Shown: one piece after another, positions 55,800 through 64,000 of the stretch
Position numbering within the stretch: the stretch's first letter is position 1
Layout: each line of letters begins with the position of its first letter
Source of the DNA: Octopus bimaculoides
Taxonomy: Eukaryota
Direction of reading: 5' to 3'
Assembly (NCBI RefSeq): GCF_001194135.2
Contig: NC_068982.1
Span: 8,440,210 to 8,504,209, forward strand
DNA length: 64,000 nt
The notes under the pieces: model-generated
The model's input: only the letters and a program-made list of their open reading frames with translations
Database searches by the model: none
What the model was told of the DNA's origin: nothing
Made by a program: the position numbers and the translations under genes

Positions 55800-56111
55800 C
55801 ACACACATACATTCAATATAAGTAATTATATTTATTCATAATAACTAATTTCGCTGTAACAGATGAACAAGCACTTTCTGTGTAATAATGAAAAGTAGAT
55901 CTATGTTTTTTGATTTCAAATCGTATATTGCGTTTTCTCATAGACGTTCGATCGAGACTTTCCGCATACATGCATTCTTGTTTATGCATATAATTACATA
56001 AACGAGCAAATAGCGACAATAAGTCATATATACACTTATGTATATATATATAATGAATTTATATGCGTGTGTGTAAGGACTTTTATATGTATATACATAT
56101 ATGCTTATTTT

Positions 56112-56200
56112 CTGAGTTTCGGGCGTGTGGCTAGTCCTTGGCCGTTGGGGTATGAATCAGACCCCAATGGCCGAAGACTAGCCACACTCCTGACACTCAG
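56112..56200. other. GC-rich 40-bp-stem hairpin (fold-back)
   Basis: Left arm 56112-56151 and right arm 56161-56200 are 34/40 complementary (37/40 allowing G-U on the plus strand), with a 9-nt loop. Confidence 0.9.
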
Positions 56201-56248
56201 ACTACCAAGGAGTCTGAATCAGACTGTTTAGATCTGTCTTTCCCTCCC

Positions 56249-56279
<31 letters not shown>

Positions 56280-56298
56280 GTTTATATATATATATATA

Positions 56299-56841
56299 TT
56301 AAGAGAGATAAGTTATATCAAATCTCCGAGAAAGAGATAAACAGTAATAGTACGGAATCGTAAAATATATTTGCCAACTAAATGTGGTGGTCCTATAGAT
56401 GATGTTGTTACTGTTGTTTTTAGCCTCAGGAAGTCATCTCCTCCCGCTGGTCAACGACACACGGTCCGTATCTGATTAGTATTTGCGAAGGTCATCGCTC
56501 CTATCTCTAGTCTTACGTCATACACACAGACCCGTGTTTCTGGGTAGTTACTTGTATTCAGTGTATGATAATCACTGGTTAGTAATGAAGAACTCATCCC
56601 ACTCGCAAAATACTATGTTTTTTCTAGCGACACACTGTCGCTGATCTCGTTAAGAGAGAGATAAGTTATATTAAATCTCCGAGCGAGAGATAAACACTAA
56701 CAATACGGAATCGTAAAATATATTTCCAGCTAAATGTTCGTGGTGCTCTAGAGGACGGTGTTACTCTTGTTTTTAGCCCCAGGAAGACATCTCCTCCAGG
56801 TGGTCAACGACACAGTTTGTGTCTGATTAGTATTTGCGAGG
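56299..56841 (+). repeat. Diverged direct repeat, two units of about 190 bp, period about 350 bp
   Basis: 56299-56490 and 56650-56841 align (TTAAGAGAGATAAGTTATA..TACGGAATCGTAAAATATATTT..TGGTCAACGACAC..GATTAGTATTTGCGA). Confidence 0.9.
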
Positions 56842-56865
56842 GAGTTCATCACTAGCTAGTGATTA

Positions 56866-56912
56866 ACACACACTGAAGACGGGTAACCATCCAGAAATCC
56901 GGATCAGTGTGT
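56866..56912 (+). ncRNA. Hammerhead-like motif (near-canonical core, imperfect junction pairs)
   Basis: ACACAC(A)-CUGAAGA-cGGG..UCCa-GAAA-UCCGGA-UC/(A)GUGUGU; palindromic stem III AUCCGGAU. Confidence 0.55.
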
Positions 56913-57541
56913 ATCACGTAAGGCTTGATCCCCTTGTCAGTCTTACGATAATTGCTTTATCGTGGCTAAGAATTGTTTTGATTTTTATTTCTAGCAATGC
57001 TGGTATTTGCTGTACATTTAGTCACATTAGTGACGTCTATAGTTCTGGCTTTCGGTTGTAAATAACTAATAAGCCACCTTTGTATTTGTGTGTAGGTATG
57101 TGATGTGACGTACGACTTCTCGTCGTCACTGTTATGTCTGAACTGATATAATATTAAACGTTCCGCATGTTCTCTTATTACTCTCCATCTGTGTATCTTC
57201 AACAAGCAACTCCACGATATGTCTATTCAATAATTCCTACGACCTGTACACTATGACTGTGCATATGACACTCTTCTCAGACTGTTCTGCGCATTCTCAT
57301 TTATACTAACTAGGATAGTTCATTTAGCCAATAACAGGGGTGTACAGATTCCCCATACAACAGTATGTATATATATGTCTGTATGGATGTATGTAAATAT
57401 GTATGTATAGATTGTTTGAAGTGGTGTACCAATTTTATATGTTAAGACAAACGATGTAAAAGGACATCGGATACAACGTCGGGATTTGGGGCAAATGCGC
57501 CTTTTTTTCTGTTCTTCTGTCTTTTCATTGTTTGTTTATTT

Positions 57542-57590
<49 letters not shown>

Positions 57591-57592
<2 letters not shown>

Positions 57593-58520
57593 CAAACTAA
57601 CGTCCGTTCTGGTCCTAGCACTACTGACATCGCGAAGCAATGGAATCGCAAACATCACGAAACAATTCTTTTGGCATTTGTGTACATTCTCGTTCAATGA
57701 ATGCTGACACATCAGCGATATGGCAGTGTCTGATGTTTGTTATCAGGCAGGCAGATAGTGCATGAAGACATTCGGTATTTATCCCAAGCCATCAACACAA
57801 GAGGAAAGACCGCGCTACGAAGCCTTTGAACAAACTCAAGCATCTCATCCAACCGAACATGCTTTGGTTTTTCTCAGACGAGAAAAACTTGTGCTAGGAT
57901 CAGATGGTGAACACACAGAAGAACCGTTGGCTTGCCGTGTCCTCAAAACATGTACCAAGAGTGAAAAGTCAGACACAACCAGTCAACATCATGGTGTTTG
58001 GAATGATCACTGGTGATGGCAACGTTATGCCTCCATTCATCTTCCCACACGAAGTCGGACTCAACATGGAGGCCTACACAAGTACCTGGAGTAGGTAGTG
58101 CTGCCTTGAGCGAGAGGATGGCTGCTGGAAGACCACAAAAGCAGGAGAACCCAATCATGGCTTTCAGACAATTTCTGCGACAACGTCGCTCGTAACATCT
58201 GGCCACCTAACTCCCAAGACTGCAACGCCCTTGATTATTATGTGTGGGGCGCAGTTGAGCGAGAGACTAACGAAACTCCTTGTAACACCAAAGATGATGT
58301 GAAGGCAAGGATTATGGCAGTATTCATCAACTTAAACAAGGGGACTATCCAAAAATGTTGCAGGAGATTCCGAGGTCGTCTGGAGGCCGTGGTTGAAGCC
58401 AATAATGGAATAAATTTATTCTTTTCTTATGTAATTTTGGTAAATATAGCTGTTGAAATGAGACATCAGTGTTATTTTCATATTTGCGTAATTTAGACGA
58501 CTATTTATTCTCCGCACTAT
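57591..58520 (+). pseudogene. Decayed DD37D/maT-like Tc1-mariner transposase
   Basis: Frames WFFSDEKN..NTQKNRWLA..IMVFGMITGDGNVMPPFIF; IWPPNSQDCNALDYYVWGAVERETN..LKARI-like..CCRRFRGRLEAVVEANNG. The WPPxSPDxNPLDY signature fits DD37D/maT-type elements. Confidence 0.88.
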
Positions 58521-59240
58521 GCGCGCGCGTGTGTGCATACATAAATACATACATACATACATACAAACAATCGTTTCAATCTTTTCGACTTTTTCAACTA
58601 AGAGTAAAACAAAGGTGGATATTAATTATGAAGAAAAACAATTAAATTGAAGATATTTTGTAAATATTTCCATAGTCTTCAAATAGCTAGGACATATTAA
58701 TTTATATATATATATATATACATAAATATATATATACATACACACATACATATATACATATAGTCCACAAATGAGATCCAGATATTCTCAGAGTATTATA
58801 GTGTTCAAAAGATTCAAACTTTGACTCCAATGTTTTTACATGGGATCGATTCCATAGGATACCACAGAATGGTTATAATAGGGATTAGGTCGAAGGGATA
58901 TAGAGGAAATCATCCGGATAAACAAACTAGATATATCAAATATAATAGATTGTGTATGAAATAAAAAAATATGTGTATACGTATACATGCAATACGATAG
59001 AAAGTAGAGTGGAAACTTTCAGGCGATGAATATTTAATTATAAATAGATATATGACGTCGTCAAATATGACATTTGTAGTAAGCTATATGGTAAACTTTG
59101 ACAGCTGTTTATTTCGCGCCATTATTATAATTTGACAATCTTTTTTCTTTTAGAAAACTGACACACCCATTTCTTTATTCTAACCAATTTTGCGCTTTAT
59201 AAAGTATTTATAAATCATTTTTTGCTATCTTTGTTTAAAT

Positions 59241-59800
59241 ATGGATAAGTCGGAAATATGTACAGTTTTGAAATACGAGTGTTTCCTTGGAAATACAGCA
59301 TCACAGACAGCTCGGAATATTAATGGAGTATTTCATTCTAATGTTGCTACACAGCAGACAGTATCAAATTGGTTTGCAAAATTTCGTTCTGGTAACTTTG
59401 ACCTCACAAATGAGCAACGCGGTCAACCAGAAACAAAGGTGGGTCAGATCCATCTCAAAGTGCCCGTGAATTATCGTTGTTGTTTGGTGTTAGCAAGCAA
59501 ACAATATTGGCTCACTTCAATCAAATTGCTAAAGTGAAGAAGTTGGATAAGTGGGTTCCACTTGAACTCAATGAAAATCAGAAACAGCAACGTTTGGAAG
59601 CCTGCATTTTGCTACTTTCTCGTCACACAATAAATCATTTTCGAATAGAATTGTAACATGTGATGAGAAATGGATCCAATACAATAACCGTAAACGTTCA
59701 ACATAATGGCTGGACAAAACGAGCCACCAAAACACAGTCCAAAATCAAAAGCAAACTTCACCAATTTGCACTCGTTCTGGGTCTCCTCATGTACATCAAC
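59241..59800 (+). pseudogene. Decayed mariner (DD34D-type) transposase, N-terminal half
   Basis: MDKSEI..TARNIN..TVSNWFAKFRSGNFDL..RG.P; DPSQSAREL..GVSKQTI..KVKKLDKWVPLELNENQK; RIVTCDEKWIQYNNRKR. The WVPHEL and TCDEKW motifs are recognisable. Confidence 0.93.
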
Positions 59801-60069
59801 AAAAAGTCTCACTAGAGATTTCTTGAGTCGGCTTACGTACATATGTCCGTCAAATAAACACAAGGTATAGGATCCACTTTACATTTTACTTTGGAGATAC
59901 TTCACTTTGGTGACATTATTCAAGCATGGCTAGTTTACACTGGCCACAGTTCAACTATATGGGATAAGGACACGATCATTAAGGTGGGGATATCATTGCG
60001 AAAGTAATATATTGAAAGGAGTACAGTTAATTGTCAGTTATACACAATACTTACTTTTGCGTAAATATT

Positions 60070-60505
60070 GATTTCAAATTTTGACGCTAGGCCAGTTTTT
60101 TCGAGAGTTGAGGTAAGTCTGTCACATCGACCCTAGTGATCAGTTGGTACCTATTTTATCGACCCCGAAAGAGTGAAAGGCAAAATCGACCTGAGCAGAT
60201 TTTGAACTAAGAACGTAACGGCGTACGAAGTGCCACTACGCATTTCGCCGGGCGTGCTAACGTGTCTTATTTCTTTATTGCCCACAAGGGGCTAAACATA
60301 GAGGGGAAAAACAAGGACAGACAAGGGGATTACGTCAATTACATCGACCCCAGTGCGTAAATGGTACTTAATTTATCGACCCCGAAAGGATAAAAGGCAA
60401 AGTCGACCTCGGTGGAATTTGAACTCAGAACGTAGCAGCAGACGATATACCGCTAAGCATTTCGTCCGGCGTGCTAACGTTTCTGCCAGCTCGCCGCCTT
60501 CCTGC
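60070..60505 (-). mobile_element. Composite SINE (older family A unit plus younger family B unit) flanked by an 11-bp TSD
   Basis: Two units joined at 60267/60268; GCGTAAATATT at 60059-60069 and 60506-60516. Confidence 0.92.
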
Positions 60506-61365
60506 GCGTAAATATTACTTACACTATGAAATAGTCTATCACAACGAATACAAAGACATATGATGCTCTAATTGAACTCTGTTGCTTAATGTTTAGTTAA
60601 AAAGACACTGATATAATAAATAACACGTTTAAAAAATAAGTACTTTGATCGATTTGTTACCTTATCATGGTCGCACTCCAATACCTGAATGAAGAAAGAG
60701 ATAGTTTGTCATTTCAATCTGGACTGACCAGGAATAAGCAACAAGAAAAATAAAAATAAATCTGTTATTGTAAAACATTGGCGTGGTCTTTCCATCGCTA
60801 CGATTTGGAGCGCATTGTGTGCTTAGGCAATTAACGTCAAACTCAACACTCGAAACTGCGTTTTGTTTTCTCGCCATCTCTATACAGTGTTTTGAAAAAA
60901 CAAAGCAAATACTGATAATATTTAATTTGGCAGTTTGAGGTGAAATGAAGGAGATATTAGGAATATTAATGCCGTTCTACTGATTTCTGCAATTTTATGC
61001 AGAAATCAAACCTTTTGATTATAAATTTGCCTTGGGTTAAAATAAAATTATGTGAATATAAATAAAGGTCAAGTGAAAATATTATCGATTTTTCTAATGA
61101 ATGTTTTATTAACACACAAGTAACCATTGAGGATGATGAGGTTAATTATACATGTACGCTTGATTAAAGCTACCACGACGTTGGTAAAGATGATACAGAT
61201 GACGATAAGAGGGAATGAAGTTATGGTCCAGGACTGCACAGATGTTAAAGTTTAAACTAGCATTAATTCAATTCATTACAAAACATCTGTTTTACAATTA
61301 TGGAAATAAACTGTATCTAACCGCTTACTGAAACACACAAACAAATATAAACCTGTGTATAATAC

Positions 61366-61420
<55 letters not shown>

Positions 61421-61881
61421 NNNNNNNNNNNNNNNNNNNNNNNNNNNNNNNNNNNNNNNNNNNNNNNNNNNNNNNNNNNNNNNNNNNNNNNNNNNNNNNN
61501 NNNNNNNNNNNNNNNNNNNNNNNNNNNNNNNNNNNNNNNNNNNNNNNNNNNNNNNNNNNNNNNNNNNNNNNNNNNNNNNNNNNNNNNNNNNNNNNNNNNN
61601 NNNNNNNNNNNNNNNNNNNNNNNNNNNNNNNNNNNNNNNNNNNNNNNNNNNNNNNNNNNNNNNNNNNNNNNNNNNNNNNNNNNNNNNNNNNNNNNNNNNN
61701 NNNNNNNNNNNNNNNNNNNNNNNNNNNNNNNNNNNNNNNNNNNNNNNNNNNNNNNNNNNNNNNNNNNNNNNNNNNNNNNNNNNNNNNNNNNNNNNNNNNN
61801 NNNNNNNNNNNNNNNNNNNNNNNNNNNNNNNNNNNNNNNNNNNNNNNNNNNNNNNNNNNNNNNNNNNNNNNNNNNNNNNNN

Positions 61882-61946
<65 letters not shown>

Positions 61947-62588
61947 CGATAAGAAACTGAAGAGAAAATACCAATGAGAAGCGTGTCTTTTGCGCTAGGA
62001 AGCAATTATTTAATTTGTTAAGAAAGGTGAGAAGGAGAGTGAGTTTACGATCGTTTCTGTGTACCATGGTGAGGAAAATACATATAGTTTTGCCTCGTTG
62101 CCAATGGCAGCCATCAGAAAGAAATACCATAAACATAACTACAACTTTACACGTTACACGAATACTGAGGGCAGTTTCTACACCAAAAATAACAATATTA
62201 ATAATAAACGAAATAGGGATACGATCTGGCTAATAATCCCCTTCACCATGCAGCTCAAATCTATAGAACATAGTTCGCTCCATAATGAGACTCATAGATA
62301 AGCACTTCAAATAAAAAAATTAATATGCAGCAATATTCAAGAATAAAATAGTAATCAAAGGGGTCTATGAGTAAAAAATCTTTGAGAACCCTTGCTTTAG
62401 AGTGTAACGATCAAAGGTAGAAACATTTCCTGAGGGATGTTTCTTCTCTAAAGACTTTCTGCACCTTTGAGAGTCTTCTACAACTACAGTCTTTGTAGGC
62501 ATGGAAGTGTCACACTGTTCCATTAAATCAAAGTACCAACCATCTCAAATTGCTTGAAATATACTTTCTATATATATATATGTATGGT

Positions 62589-63006
62589 GGAGGCGCAATG
62601 GCCCAGTGGTTAGGGCAGCGGACTCGCGGTTATAGGATCGCGGTTCCGATTCCCAGCCCGGGCGTTGTGAGTGTTTATTGAGCGAAAACACCTAAAGTTC
62701 CACGAGGCTCCGGTAGGGGATGGTGGCGAACCCTGCTGTACTCTTTCGCTACAACTTTCTCTTCCTGTTTCTGTTGTGCCTGTATTTCAAAGGGCCAGCC
62801 TTGTCACACTGTGTCACTCTGAATATCCCCGAGAACTACGTTAAGGGTACACGTGTCTGTGGAGTGCTCAGCCACTTGCANNNNNNNNNNTACACGTGTC
62901 TGTGGAGTGCTCAGCCACTTGCACGTTAATTTCACGTGCAGGCTGTTCCGTTGATCGGATCAACTGGAACCCTCGACGTCGTAAGCGACGGAATGCCAAC
63001 AACAAC
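62589..63006 (+). mobile_element. tRNA-Arg-derived SINE (octopus OR-type) with (AAC)n tail
   Basis: A box TGGCCCAGTGG, TCG anticodon-like GGACTCGCGG, B-box-like GTTCCGATTCC, RTE-like CCAACAACAAC tail. The family name is from recall, not a search. Confidence 0.85.
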
Positions 63007-64000
63007 ATATATGTATGACTCTAGATTCCTCAAGATGTACCAAGTTTTATAAGAGAAATCAATGCAGCTTCCAAGAAAAAAGTTTACATACTGGTGTTAG
63101 TTACATCCGCAGTTTGATAAATTAGCCAATATTAAATTATAATGTTTTATTGTCAACATTACATTTTGCCGTAGATGCTTCAACACTTACAACAGTATTG
63201 AAACTCACGTAGTAACATTTGCTATAATATATTTATAAAAATGCAAAAGCACGCCCGTATATGCAGTTTGTCCGAGTAATTCTAATACTGTAATTTCGTT
63301 TTTTTTTTCTTCGACAGCCTTTTGTTGGTTAACGGTTCATTAATAGTATTTCTCAGAAATACTTGGAATGCTAATATACATCTCAGTGTATATGAATTCT
63401 AATTAATGACCGTTGTAATAATGAAAATTAATATTTTTGCCGCTAATTAATATGCGTTGCAGCTTTGCTAATAACAATGAGAATGAAATACTATCTTATC
63501 CTTTCGTCAAGTAAATATTTGGTATTAGACACAGAGAATCCGATAGAGAGAAATGTGAAGTCGTTCAATGACCCATGTAATATAAATAAAACAAATTATT
63601 TTAAGAGGGACATGATCCGATTGTTTGAAATATATTCTAAAATACACATTATCTCTCCATGTATGTCTATGCATTGCAGTAAGCTAATAATAATATTTGA
63701 TTTATCGACATTGTATCCATAATGACAAAAACAAAAGAAATATGAACAACAATGAAAATTCGGCTCAAAAGAAGATAGAGGAGAAGAGTATGCAATTCCA
63801 AATGAATGAAAGTGATACATGGAAAAATGGTGTGTGAGTTTAATCTTAGGTATTTATTGCAACAAGTTTCATATTTATTCGACCACATCGGTGATGCATA
63901 TAGAGTAAACAACTGATTGACTATAACAATCACTTAGCTGTAGCATTGGATAGCAGGGAGTATTTTCTTGAAGTTAAATTACGGTAATCAAATACATATT

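Noticed and set aside
62858-62923. 33-bp direct duplication inside the OR-type SINE
   Set aside because: The two copies flank a 10-N scaffold gap, a typical contig-overlap artefact.

Overview
AT-rich, repeat-dense eukaryotic DNA from a draft assembly. About 10% is N gaps, most bordered by (TA)n, (TG)n or (GA)n microsatellites. The SINE families look like those of Octopus/coleoid cephalopods; this is an inference from recalled repeat sequences, with no search run. I cannot support any host protein-coding gene: most long ORFs in the track are artefacts of microsatellites or N runs. The window is a graveyard of decayed mobile elements: several Penelope-like elements (RT plus GIY-YIG), Tx1/L1, R4/Dong-type RLE and CR1/L2-type LINE fragments, mariner, DD37D/maT-like and CGGBP1-like hAT transposase remnants, and at least five SINE families. 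The most notable signals are three. (1) A set of minimal type-I hammerhead-ribozyme motifs from several repeat families, each with a different palindromic stem III, including an ORF-less repeat family carrying the motif at a conserved position. (2) A young SINE subfamily joined to older SINE copies at the same nucleotide at two independent loci. (3) Three LINE families each embedded in its own microsatellite type. Element boundaries are approximate (about +/-10-30 bp) unless a junction or motif is spelled out.
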